NCBI RefSeq assembly: GCF_009914755.1 | Contig: NC_060925.1 | Strand: one strand, 5' to 3' | From: the human T2T-CHM13v2.0 reference genome, Homo sapiens | Length of the DNA stretch: 64,000 nucleotides | Shown: in pieces, positions 1-16,312 of the stretch | Position numbering within the stretch: the stretch's first letter is position 1 | Layout of the letters: every line of letters begins with the position of its first letter | Notes under the pieces: generated by a model | The model's input: the letters and a program-made list of their open reading frames with translations, nothing else | The model's database searches: none | Told to the model about the DNA's origin: nothing | Made by a program: the position numbers and the translations under genes

Positions 1-1988
1 GTTTTTGTATTGTTTTGGTGTATAGTTGTTGATAATAGTCTCTACTAATCATTTGTATATTTGTGGTATCTATTGTGATGCCTCCTTTTTCATTTCTGAC
101 TTTATTTGAGTCTTCTCTCTTTGTTTCTGAAAAAAGGGGGAGTGTTATGGCTCTAGGAAGTTAGTTAAAAATTAAAAAAAAAATTTTAACGGGAGTTAGT
201 TTAGCTAGTGTTTAGCTAATAGTTTGTTAATTTTGTTTATCTTTTTCAAATACCAACATTTTGTTTCATTGATCTTTCGCAATTCTTTTAGTTTCTATTT
301 TGTTTATTTCTTCTCTGATTTTTATTATTTTTTTCCTTCTACTAATTTTGGGTTTGGTTTGTTCTTGCTTTTCTAGTTCCTTAAGGTGCATCATTAGATT
401 GCTTCTTCGGTCTTTTTACTTGTCATTAGTCTGTTCAAGCTACCTATTCTTTCTGATTGAGTCTTATTAGGTTATAATTTCTTTCAGGTTATCCAACTTG
501 TTGGCATATAATGTTCATAATAGTCCCTTATGACACTTTTTTTGTCCTAAGGTGTCTGTTATAATGTCTCCACTTTCATTTCTGATTTTATTGAGTCTTC
601 TCTCTTTTTTTCATACTTAGTACTTAGCTAGGGGTGTGTTGATTTTGGTTATTTTTTCAAAGAACAAACTCCGGATTTTGTTGATTTTTTTTCCTATGGT
701 TTTACTGTTCTCTATTTAATGTATTTCTGTCCTGATCTTCCTTCTGCTAACGTTAGGTTTAGTTTGTTCTTTTTCTAGCTCTTCGAGGTTTAATGTTAGG
801 CTATTTATTTGAGATCTTCCTCCTTTTTAAACACAGACATTTATTGCTATTACTCCCCTCTTGGAACTGTTTTTTTACTGTTGTCTTCTAGTTGTTTTGT
901 AGGTCATTTTTTCATTGCTTTCTCTCTGTAGTCCACCTTTGTGATTTGGTAATTTTTTCTAGTAGCTAAGCTTTAATTCCTTTATCTTTCTCTTTGTGTA
1001 TCTGCTATAGTCTTTTGCTTTGTTGTTACCATGGGGCTTACATAAAACTTCTTATAGTTACAATAGACTATTTTAAGATGGTAACATCTTAAATTTGGTC
1101 ACATATAAATACTGTGGACTTTTACTCTTCCCTCCTAATTTACATTTTTGTTGTTTTTCTGATCTTGAATTATCCATTTGTATTCTCATATATCTTGCTG
1201 AGCTTCCTTAAGATCATTATTTTGAATTCCTTTTCAGGAAATTTATAAATTTACATTTCTTTAGGGTCAATTATTCGAGGATTATTTTGTTCCTTTGGTG
1301 ATGTCATGTTTTCTTTTTCATGTTTCTCTGTCTGTGCATTGGTGTCTGCACATCTGGTGGAATTGTCAGTGCTTCCAAACCTTACAGAATGACTTTCATA
1401 AGAAAAGGCTTTCCCCTGCAGATGGGTCTTAGGGTGCCAGCTGGGAAGGGTATGGTGGCTTTGGTTACAAGTAGATGTAATAGTATAGCTGCCATGCAGA
1501 ATCTTCAGCTGCAATTAACGTCAGTGATGACATGGGTGCCTTAGTGACCTAGGCTGCAGAAGTTTGTTGCAGTGGCATCAGCAGCATATGCCATTAGTGT
1601 CCTCCATGGCAAGGGCTTTTAGGGTCCTCCTGTGTTTGTTTTCCCCAAAATGGGGAGTCTTTACTGAGGGGATCCTTCTTGGTATCAAGTCTGACATGAA
1701 CCACAAGCAACTGCAGTGGCACTGGGTTTCAGGGAGGAGATGCTCAGAGCAGCTGTGGAGCCAGGGTCCTGTGCTCAGGACCTCACCACTCTACTGTGGC
1801 ACCTGGGAATTTGGACACATGTTCACTCTCTGAGGCATAGGTAGGTGCTGACTGCCATAAAGCTAAGGTCTGTGACTCTGGTGCATACCTCAGCTGCTCA
1901 GGCCTAGGGGGCTGGGTTGTTGCTGTGACTCTGCCCCTGCTCCTCAGGGGCAGCACTGGCCCAGCTCTGGTAAAGAAGGGGTGCTCTG

Positions 1989-2375
<387 letters not shown>

Positions 2376-3532
2376 TCAGGCCCTGGACGGGGATGAGAAC
2401 CTGTGTAGTGAGGACCCTGGACTATGGGATGGTAGGACACAGCAGCATTGCAGGCTCTGTGAAGTCAAGTGCAGTGGCACTAATGTCCCAGGAATGGCAG
2501 GGCATAGCTGTGGCTTGGGCCCTGGGGTACAGGGAGCAGCACAGTGATGACTCCACTCCCTGGTAAGGCAGGGTGCATCCTCTGCTAGGGGATAGTCTGG
2601 TTTCATGGAAGCAGGGTTCTGCAGTTGTTCAGCCTGGAGAGTAGGTTGTTTCAGTTCACCCAATCCTGTGTTTTCCTGGGATGTGCAGCACCACATTGGC
2701 TCAGCCCTGGGAACTGCAGCTGCTTGGCTCAGCTAAGGGACCCATAATCTTGTGAAGTGGAGTGACTCTTCAGCTCCAACACCGGGGGGGTGACTGCTCT
2801 GGGTGGCCCACAGCACCAGTTCCCTAGAAGGCACTACCTCAGGTCCAGTACAGGGGGACATGACTGCTCTGGGTAGCCAAGCCACCAGTTTCCCAGTAGG
2901 CACTGCTTCACCTCCAGTGCTAGGGGCATTACTGATCTGGGTGGCCAAGGCACCATATCCCTGGAAGGTAGGATACTGCTGCTGCAGCTCCTGCACTAGG
3001 GGGCAGGACACAGCAATCACTGGGAGGGGTAGGGCAGAGCAGCTTGAATCCATGGAATAGCGTGTAGCAGCAGCTTGATTTAGGGATGGTGAACCACCAG
3101 ACAGTGGTGGTACAGGTGTAACAAACCCTCAGGAATGGAGAGGTGCAATAGCCCCTCACCTCCCGAGCAGGACTTCCTCCAGCCATGGTTCTGGATCTAA
3201 CATGGCACAGCAGAGTAGCAGCCCATGAAGGGCAGAGCACAGCATTGACTCCTCTGGAAGAAGTGCAGCCATATGGACACCAGGCAGTTCCCTCTGCTGG
3301 GCTTAGCACCTTTGAGAAATACAGGATTTCCCAGTGGTGAGGACTGTAGTAATCTCAGTGGTGATGAGGGCTGCTGGGTTCCTCTTGCTTACCTTTCCCT
3401 TCACTGAAAAGTTTATCCCGGTTCTGAGCTGGTCCTGACTGGAGTATGGACGAGGTAGGATGTGAGCTGCTTCCTTCTTTTCTTTATGTAACTATCCTGG
3501 GTTTCTATGCTCTACAGAGTTTATACTACTAC

Positions 3533-3831
<299 letters not shown>

Positions 3832-3989
3832 TATACTACTCCTTTGATATATTTCTGTTTTCTCCTTCAGTTATTTTCATCAAAATATAGTTGTTTATTC
3901 ATTTCTTTGGCTGTCTTTGTGTGGGAGACAAGCACAGGAGCTTCTAGTCAACAACCTAGCTGATGTCCTCCTCTTAAAATTTTAATTGA

Positions 3990-4290
3990 ACCTATGCATG
4001 GTGGCTTATGCCTGTAATCCCACTGACTTGGGAGGCTGAGGTTGGAAGATCACTTGAGGACAAGAGTTCTAGGCCAGTCCGGACAAATAGTGTGATCCCA
4101 CCTCTAAAAAATAAGAAACAAAAAAAATTAAAAATTAACTGAGCATGAAGATATGCATCTGTAGTCCCAGCTACTTAGGGAGGCTGAGGAAGGAGGATCA
4201 CTTGAGCCCAGGGGTTCAAAGCTGCAGTGAGTTACGCTTATGCCACTGCACTGTAGCCTGGGCAACAGAGTCAGACCCCAGCTCTGAAAA
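3990..4290 (+). mobile_element. AluJ
   Basis: Diverged dimer with the J-type ggaggatcacttgagcccagg right arm. Confidence 0.88.
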
Positions 4291-4905
4291 CTTTTTTAAG
4301 TTGAAGAGTTTTCATAATAGCATATTACCACTTATTAGTGGTAGTATTAATATTATTTGTACTTATATAATTGCATTTCTCTTATATATATTTAAATCTT
4401 ACAATAAGCACTAAATGATGCTTTGGGATGTTAATACCTTAATGAAAATAATGAAGCACTATATATTTTATTACTATACCAAAAGCTATAAAAGCTATTC
4501 CTCAAAAGCTATAAAAGCCTTTCTTAAAAACTATAAAGTATAATGCCCAGCAGAGGATGCTGCAACTGCATGAAGAAAAGCAGACAATGTCCTTAGTGAC
4601 ATCACATCTTCCTAATTCAAGTCAGGGAAACTAATACATACTTATCCTAGACAGTGATGCACGTTTGTCTTCTGGCTTATGACCTACTGAACTTTTGGAA
4701 GAAGAGTTACAGTGAAAAGAACCTAGGAAAATTCAGAGGAAACTTGAGGGACAAAATTGGATGACTACCTTGGTGTGAAGGTCAGCAGACTTCTCTCATT
4801 CTCTAGTGGCATCAAAATGTACTTATATAATTCAACATCTGTTTTGGCATCTTTAAATAGTACTCCCTAACACCATTTTAAAAATGCCCTTAGTGATTGA
4901 ATTGG

Positions 4906-5281
4906 TATATTAGCTGTTCTTGCATTGCCATAAAGAAATATCTGAGACTGGGCAATTTTTAAAGAAAAGAGGTTTAACTGGCTCATAGTTCTGCAGGCTA
5001 TACAAGCATGGTGCTGGCATCTGCTCAGCTTCTAGGGAGAGAGCTTTTACTCATGGCGGAAGGTGAAGGGGGAATAGGCATATCACATGGTGAAAGCAAG
5101 AGCAAGAGAGAGTCGGGGGGCACACATTACAACAAAACAAGAACTCAATATCATGAAGACAGCACCAAGCCATAAGCGATCTGCCCCCATCATCTAAACA
5201 CCTCCCACAGGCCCCATCTCCAACCTTGCGGATTACAATTCAGCATGAGATTTGGTGGGGACATATACTCAAATCATATCA
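4906..5281 (-). mobile_element. MST (MSTA/MSTB-like) MaLR solo LTR
   Basis: tatattagctgttcttgcattgccataaag...aaatcatatca with exact 5-bp TSD ATTGG (4901-4905 and 5282-5286). Confidence 0.9.
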
Positions 5282-5822
5282 ATTGGTGACACATGTATAT
5301 AGTGTGTCTTTCATATTGACAATTCAGATATTTCTATTGATGATAAGATAAAAATATATATTATCTTGCGGCATCCTTTGCAACTTCCACTTAGTTATTA
5401 GATGATTTCTTCAAGACCTGACATTTTAAAAAGTAAGGAATTCAACAGGTAAATTACTAAGAATCTCTAAGCAAACATACCCAATAAAAATCAAAACAAG
5501 TGAGATACAGATTACTGGAATAAATAGTCTTTCAGTGCAAAGACAGACATACATCCATAAGAGAAATCTGCAAACAGAGATCTCCCCAAATGAACAAAGC
5601 AAAGAACCAGTGACTGATCCTAACAAGATGACAAAATATGAGGTCTCTGACCAATTATTCAAAGCAGCGGTTTTAAGGAAACTCAGTGATCTCCAAGATG
5701 ACACTGAAAAACAATTCAGAAATGTATAAAAGAAATTTAACAAAGATATTGAAATAATTTTCTAAAAATCAAGCAAATCTTGGAATTAAGAAATACATTG
5801 GCAGAAGTGAAAAATTCATTAG

Positions 5823-6500
<678 letters not shown>

Positions 6501-8019
6501 GGCAAGAAGACAGGGTATTTGAAATTATACAATCAGAGGAGGAAAAAGAATGAAAAGGAGTGAGGATTGCCTAGAAGATGTATAGAAAGTTACCTCAAAA
6601 GACAAAATCTAAGAGTTATTGGTGTTCAAGAGGGAGTTGAGCAAGAGCAAGGAGTAGAAAGCTTACTCAAAGAAATAATAACAGAAAATTTTCCAAAACT
6701 TGAGAAAGATATAAAAGATATACAGGAAGTTCAGAGAACACCAGAGAGACTTGACCCAATTAAGACTAACCCAAGGCATATAATAATCAAACTTTCAAAG
6801 TTCAAGGACAAAGAGAGGATCCTAAAAGTAGCAAGAGAAAAGAAGCAAATAACATAAAAGAACTCTAAGCTGTCTGGCAGGAGACTTCTTAGTGGAAACT
6901 ATGCAGGACAGTAGGGAGTGGGACTACATTTTCAAGATGCCAAAAGAATGTATTATGCATTTCCCCAAACCACTTAAATATGTATTCCTAATACATTATA
7001 GTTTTAAATATATCATACAAAGATTAATTGAAAAGAAGGATTAATTGGCACATTTGATATTATCTTAGGTGACATTATCACAAAACCAACTGTTTTGGTA
7101 TATAATAAATATATGAACACAATAAATGTGTATTCTATGTGCTGTACAAATATTAACCACTATGGTTCATGAAATTATTGACCGTTGATAAAATTCCTCA
7201 CTTATAATATTATTTTGTATTTTTTCTAATTACAAGCTGCATTTTTGATGTTACTAAATTTTGGCACAAAAGGAGATGTAGGCTCAGTCTACTGTTTTGA
7301 TAAAACTCAAAATCAAATGGCATAATTTCTTAATTTACTTTAGATTCAATATCTCATTTGTCTCATACAGTAAGTCTGAGGGGTAGGGAGCTACAGCAGT
7401 TACAGTCATTTTCTCTCTCCTATATCAGAGGATCTTTAGATATAGGGTATTTGTGGATTGACTCATTTCCCCACATTATTTTTGTATATCAACTACCATG
7501 ACAATGAGAGAAACTTGGAACACTACAAATTATAAGCAAACTTATATAAAGATAAAAATGATTGAAAAAAACTCAAGAAGGAATAGAAGACATCAATAAA
7601 TCTATAAAAAGTAAAGATATTAAATTGATTTTTAAAACTTTTACAAAGAATATCCCAGATCCAAGTGGTATCACAAATGTACCCTGCCAATTTTTAATGA
7701 AGAATTAAAAACAGTAATTCACAAATACTTTTACAAAAGACAGAAGAGGAGGGAATGCTTTCTCATTAATTCTACTAGACCAGGATTACTATAATCTAAC
7801 AACCACACAAAAGCAGTACAAGAAAAGAAAACTACAGAACATATCTCTCTTAAATGTCCACAAAGAAATATTCAAGATAATACTAGCAAACTGAATACAA
7901 ACATATAAAAAGGATTACACACTATTACTAAGTGTGATAGTATGAACAAATACATAGTTTGTCTAACATGTAATAAACTGTTAGCTTTTCTGTCCATGTC
8001 CATCACTCCTGGAGTTTCT

Positions 8020-8021
<2 letters not shown>

Positions 8022-8054
<33 letters not shown>
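8022..8054. repeat. (TG)n microsatellite
   Basis: Direct observation. Confidence 0.97.
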
Positions 8055-8059
<5 letters not shown>

Positions 8060-9805
8060 TGTAAAAACACTTAACATGGATATGTTTGTTATCCTGATTA
8101 TGATGGGAGTATCACAAGTATATGCATAAATCCAGACTCAAATAGTATACGCTAAACACGTGTGTGGGGTATACTAATTTTCCTTCAATAAAGTTGTTAA
8201 AAACAATGTAATACCCCATATTAATAAAACAAAAGGACAATTTTTAAAAGATGCTGAAATAAAGCTGGGCATGAGGGCTCACACTCGTAATTCCAGTGCC
8301 TTGGGAGTATGAGGTAAGAGGATTGCTTGAGACCAGGAGTTCAAAGAGCTGAAAGAAAAGAACTGCCTCCAAGAATACTGTATTCAGCAAGGAAAGATAG
8401 TCTTTCCAAGACAAACAAAAACTAAGAGAATTTACCACCACCAGTCCTGTCTTACAAGAAATCATAGAGTTTTTCAATCTGGAAGAATGAAACACTAACG
8501 TGCAAAAAGAAAACATTTGGAAGTATAAAACCCACCAGTAAAATTAATTATAAGGACAACCACAGAATATTTCAATAGCTTAATTATGGTGTGCAATCCA
8601 TGCATACCTCTAGTATGAAGCCTAAAAGACAAATATATCAAAAATAACAATAGCTGTAGCAACCTGTTAATAGACAGACCATATAAAAATATGTAAATTG
8701 AGGCAACAAAATGTGTGTGGGGGTGGAGTTAAGATAGAGAGTTTTTTTAGTTTATCCTTTGTTTCTATTTTTTTGTGATCTAAGTTGTCATCTCTTTAAA
8801 ATAACTAGTTATATTTATAAGATTTTTTGTAACCCTCATGATAACCATTATGCAAAAAGCCTATAATAGATACAATAAAAATAAGATGCCATGAGTTAAA
8901 ACATACTACTAGTAAAAACCACTTAAGCACAAAGGAAGATGGGAAGAAAGGAAGAGAAGAGTTACAAAACAACCAGGAAACCATCAACAAAATGGCAGGA
9001 GTAAGTCCTTACTCATCAATAATAACACTGAATGTAAATGACTCTATTCTTTAATTGAAAGTCACAAAGTACCTGAATGTATAAAGAAACAAGACCCAGT
9101 TGTGTACTGCCTGCAAGAAACCCACCTCACCTATAAAAACACACATAGACTGAAAGTGAAGAGGTGAACAATGTTATTCCATGTAAGTGGAAAGCAAAAC
9201 AGAGCAGGAGTAGCTAAACTTATATCAGATAAAAGGGACTGCACATCAAGACTATAAAAAGAGATTAAGACGGTCACTGTATAATGATAAAGGGGTCAAT
9301 TCAGCAAGAGGATATAACAATTATAAATATTTATGCACCACCACTGGAGCACCCACGTATATAAAGCAAACTTTAATAGACTGAAAGGAAGAGATAGATT
9401 GTAATACAGTAATAGTAGGTGATTTCAACAGCCCACTCTAGTAATGGACAGATCATCACCCCACAGAAAATCAACAAAGAAACATTGAGGTTAAACTGTA
9501 CACTAGACAAAATAGAACTAACATTTACAGTCCATTTCACCCAAGTACTGCAGAATACACTTTTTTTTCCATCAGCACATGGAACATTCTACAGAACAGA
9601 CCATATATTAGGTCATAAAACAAGCCTCAACAAATTGCAAAAAGTAGAAATAATGCCAAGTATCTTTTTTGACCACAATGGAATGAAACTAGAAGTCAGT
9701 AACAAGAGGAACCCGAGAAATTACACAACACATGGAAATTAAACAACATGCTACCAAATGATAAATGGGCCACTGAGGAAATTAAGAAGGAAATTAAAAC
9801 ACTTT

Positions 9806-12800
9806 GAGGGTGGAGGCAGAGCAAGATGGACAAATAGAAGACTTAATTGATTGTCCTCCCAGCAACTATCCACAACAATTGAACAATGGTTCAATCCACA
9901 ATTGAATGACTATCCACACAAAAAAGCACCTTTATAAGAACCAATAATCAGATGAACAATCGTAGTACTTGGTTTTAAGTTCATATCACTGAAAGAGGCA
10001 CTGAAGAGGGTAGGAAAGCATTTTGAATTGCCAGTGCCACCCCTTCCTCATCCCCTACAGCAGCTATATGGTGCAGAGAGAGAATCTGTGTGCTTGGAAG
10101 AGGAAAAGTGTAGTGATTTTGGGACTTTGCACTGGAACTCAGTGCTCCCTGTCACAGCAGAAAGCAATACCAGGCAGAACTCAGACAGAGCCCGTGGAGG
10201 GAGCATTTAGACCAGCCATAGCCAGAGCAGAATTGCCCACCCTAATAGAACCATTGTCAGAACTTAAGTTCCAGCAAGCCTTGCCACCGTGGGCTAAAAT
10301 GTTCCAGAGCCCTAACTAAACTTGAAAGGCAGTCTAGGCCACAAGGACTGCAATTTCTTGGCAAGTCCTGCTGCTGTGCTGAGCTTGGAACCAGTGGACT
10401 TGGGGGCAAGTAACCTAGTGAGACACCAACCAAGGCAGCCAAGGGAATGTTTGCACACCCCTCTTCCATCCCCGGGCAGCACAGCTCGCAGCTACAAAAA
10501 AGACTCCTTCCCTCTGCTTGAGAAGAGGAGAGGGAAAAGTAAAATAGAGTTTGTCTTGCAACTTGGATACCAGATCAGCCACGTAGGATATTGCACCAGG
10601 CAGAGTCTTGAGGCTCCCATTCCAGGCCCTAGCTCCTGGATGATGTTTCTAGACACACCCTGAGCTAGAAGGGAACCCACTTCCTGGAAGGGAAGGACCC
10701 AGTCCTGGCAGAATTCATCACCTGCTGACCCAAGAGTGCTTGGGCCCTGAATAACCAGCAGCAATACCCAGGCAGTACTTGCCATGGGCCTTGGGTGAGA
10801 CTCAGAGACATGCTCGCTTTAGGTATAACCCAGCACATTCCCACCTGTGGTGGCTATGGGGAGAGCCTTCTTCTGCTTGAGAAAAGGAGAGGGAAGAGTA
10901 AAGGGGACTTGGTCTTGCAGCTTAGGTACCAGCTTGGCCACAGTGGGGTAGAGCACCAAGCAGGCTCTTGGGCCCTGATTTCAGGTCTTGGCTCTTGGAC
11001 AGCATTTCTGGACCTGCCCTGTGCCACAGGGGAGCCCATTGCCCTGAAGGGAGAGACCCAGGCCTGGCAATATTCACCACAAGTTGACTGGAGAGCCCTT
11101 GGGTCTTGAGTGAATATCAGAGGTAGCCAGGCAGTACTTACCATGGGTCTAGGGTAGTGATGGTCATGGGGAGAGACTTCGCTTGTGGAAAGGGGAGGGA
11201 AGAGTGGGGAAGACTTTGTCTTGTGGCCAGGGTGCCAGCTCAACTGCAGCAAAATAGAGCACCAGGTAGCTTCCTAAGGTTTCTGACTTCAGGCTCTCAG
11301 ATGACATCTCTGGGCCCACCTGGGGTCAGGGGGAACTGGCTGCCCTGAAGGAAAGGTTGCAAGCCTGGCTGGCTTTGCCACCTGCGATTGTAGAGCCCTA
11401 AGGCCTTGAGTGAACATAGGTGGTAGCCAGGTAGTGATTACCACAGGCTTTGGGCGAGACCCAGTACCATGCTAACTTCAGGTTTGAACTAGCACACTCC
11501 CAGTGGCTCTCCCAGCTATAGGCACCTCAGCACACAGAGCAATATTCCATTTGTTTGACAGAAAGTAAAGGAAGGGAACAAGAGTCCCTGCCTTGTAATC
11601 TAAAGAGTTCTTCCTGGTCTTATCCAAGACCATCAAGGCGGTACCTCTAGGAGTCTGTAAGAGCCATAGCATTACTCAGCTTGGGGTGCCCCCTAATACA
11701 AATATGGATCCCATGACCAAAAACTTAGATCACAACACCCAAGTCCCTTCAAATATTTGAGAAGCCTTACTAAAAAGAACAGGTACAAACAAGCCCAGAC
11801 TGCAGAGACTACAAAAAATACTTAACTCTTCAATGCTCAGACACCAACAAACATCCACAGGCATCAAGACCATCCAGGAAAATGTGACTTCACCAAACAA
11901 ACTAAGGCACCAGGGACCATTCCTGGAGAGAGAGAGAGATGTGACCTTTTAGACAGAGAATTCAAAATAGCTGTTTGAGGAAACTCAATGAAATTCAAGA
12001 TAATACAGAGAAGGAATTCAGAATCCTATCAGATAAATTTAACAAAGAGACTGAAAGAATAAAAAAGAATCAAGAAGAAATTCTGGAGTTGAAAATGCAA
12101 TTGACATACTGAAGAATGCATCAGAGTCTTTTACCAGCAGAATTGATCAAGCGGAGGAAACAATTAGTGAGCTTGAAGATAGGCTATTTGAAAACAGAGG
12201 AGACAAAAGAAAAAAGAATAAAAAAGAAAGAAACACACCCACAGTTCTAGAAAATATCCTCCAAAGGGCAAATCTAAGAGTTTTTAGTCTTAAAGAGGAG
12301 ACAGATAGGGGTAGAAAGTTTATTGAAAGAGATAATAACAGAGAACATCCCAAATCTAGAGAAAGATATCAATATTCAAATACAAGAAGGTTATAGAATG
12401 CCAAGCAGATTTAACCCAAAGAAGACTGCCTCAAGGCATTTAATAATCAAACTCCCAAAGGTCAAGGATAAAGAAAGGATCCTAAAAGCAGCAATGGAAA
12501 AGAAAGAAATAACATGCAATGGAGTTCCAATAGGTCTGGCAGGAGACTTTTCAATGGAAACCTTACAGGGCAAGAGAGAATGCGTGACATATTTAAAGAG
12601 GTGAAGGAGAAAAAAAGTTTATTCTATAATAGTATATCCAGCAAAAATATCCTTCAGACATGAAGGATAAAAAGACTTTCCTAGTTAGACAAAAGTTGAG
12701 GGATTTCATCAACACCAGACCTGTAATATAAGAAATGCTAAAAGGAGTTCTTCAATCTGAAAGAAAAGAATGTTGATAAGCAATAAGAAATCATCCGAAG

Positions 12801-12962
12801 GTACAAAACTCACTGGTAATAGTAAGTACACAGAAAAACACAGACTATTATCACACTGTGATTGTGGTGTGTAAACTATTCATAATACCTTGAGTAGAAA
12901 GACTGAAACATGAACTGATCAAAAATAGTAACTACATCAACTTTTCAAGACATAGACAGTAA
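9806..12962 (+). mobile_element. L1PB/L1PBa-type 5' half (intact 5' end, repeated 5'UTR units, ORF1)
   Basis: Starts ggaggcagagcaagatgg...aatagaag; ORF1 peptide ENIPNLEKDINIQIQE...RHLIIKLPKVKDKERILKAA. Confidence 0.82.
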
Positions 12963-13377
12963 AATGAGAAAAAAAATTTGATTAAAAAAGGGCAAATGAT
13001 CTTAACAGATATTTCTCAAAAGAAGACATCCAAATAGTCAATAAATATATTTTCAAATGCTCAACATTACTTATCACAAGCTATCTGCAAGGAAAAATCC
13101 CAATGAACTATCATTTCATCCCAGTTAAGATAGTTATTATAAAAAAGACAAAAATAGCAAAGGCTGATGAGGATGCAGAGAAAAGGGAACTCTTATATAC
13201 TGTTCATTAGAATATAAACTAGTACAACCACTATGGAGAACAGAATGGAGGTTCCTCAAAAAACTACAAGTAGAACTACCACATGATCCAGCAATCCCAC
13301 TACTGGGCATTTATCCAAAAGAAAAGAAATCAGTATATCAGAGTGACATCTGCATCCCTATGTTTATCGTAGTACTA

Positions 13378-13740
<363 letters not shown>

Positions 13741-14183
13741 GGAAATTTGGCATAGATACAGAATGGAATATTATTCAACCACAAAAGTAATGAAATTCTG
13801 TCATTCACAACAACATGGATGGAAATGGAGGACATTATGTTAAGTGAAATAAACCAGGCACAGAAAGACAAAAATTGTATGTTCTCACTCATATACGGAA
13901 GTTAAAGTAAAGTTGATCTCATAGAAGTAAAAAGTAGAATTAAGGATACTAGAGACTGGGAAGTTTAAGGGGAAAGGAGGATAAGGACAGATTTGTTAAA
14001 GGATACAAAATAACAGCTACATAGGAGGAATAAATTCTAGTGTTCTGTACCACTGTAGGAGAATTATAGTTTGAAATAGCTAGAAGGTGGATACTGAATG
14101 TTCACAACACAAATAAGTGATAAATTTGTGAGATGATGGTAACTACCCTGATCTGGTCACTATATATGTATGAAATATCACTA

Positions 14184-14533
<350 letters not shown>

Positions 14534-15110
14534 GAGAGAGAGAAAAAGAAAAAAATGTGATATATATATACACAAAGGAATATTATTATATTATTAAGTC
14601 ATAGAAAAGAATGAAATTCTGTCATTTGCAGGAACATGATGAAACTGGGGGTCATTGTTACATGAAATAAGTCCAACACAAAAATACAAATACCTCATGT
14701 TCTCACTTATATGTGGGAGCCTAAAAAATGGATCTCTCCTAACATAGAGAAATAATGAATGTTTGAGGGGATGTTTATTCCAATTATCCTGGTTTTATCA
14801 TTATACATTGTGTGCTTGTACCAAAATATCACATGTACTCCATAAATATGTACAACAATTATGTATCCATCAAATTATAAATAAAAAGGGGGATCTCGTG
14901 AAGATAGTAGATTGGTGGTTACCAAAGGCCAGAAAGAATGTGGGGAGGGAGTTGATTAATGGATACAAACATACAGTTAGATAGGAAAAATAAAACCTGG
15001 TATTTGATAGATCAGCAGGGTGACTGTAGTTAATATTAATCTATTATGCATTTCAAAATAACTAGAAGAGAACAATCTGAATGTTACTAGCATATAGAAA
15101 AGATATAGCC

Positions 15111-15740
<630 letters not shown>

Positions 15741-16312
15741 AGATATATATTTAAGGTGATCGATATCCCAATTACCCTGATTTGATTCTATTATATCAAA
15801 TTATCACATGTACCCTGTAAATACACATCTATTGTGAATCAGTAAAAATATAAAGTAAATATGAAAGGATGTATATCAGCTACATTGTTATCCTTGATAG
15901 AAAGAAAAAAAATAATTTCTCATAGCATCTTATTTAGGGACTATTTGGGAATAATGAACATTATTTAGGGATGTGGCAAAAGCCATCCTCAATAAAAATC
16001 TTATAGCAAATATAGTAATGTTTCTAGTCAGTTTATGCAAAAGCTGATCCAACTAATTTAAGAAGAAATTTAAGAAGGAAGGTTGAAATATCACCTTGCT
16101 TTATATAACATTGAAATTTTCTGCAATCACTGTAACTATAAGGTTTATAGCACTTTTAAATGTGGGAAGAAACGCTTTGATAGCATAAGGTGTGAGAGGT
16201 CATCTGAAATTAAGGATAGTGGTAGATGGAATTGAAAGCTTGAGCAAAAAGCAGAGGTTTAGAATAACCGCAGTACATTTATAGATCATCGAGAATAAAA
16301 TGTCAAATAAGC

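Noticed and set aside
4400-4900. Unassigned sequence with aaagctataaaagc micro-repeats, possibly a DNA-transposon relic or an exon
   Set aside because: No convincing TIRs, ORF or splice-site pair could be established by eye.
10300-11500. Regularly recurring GC-rich units and overlapping 100-130 aa ORFs
   Set aside because: Diverged repeat units of an L1PB-type 5'UTR; not a CRISPR-like array and no coding signature.
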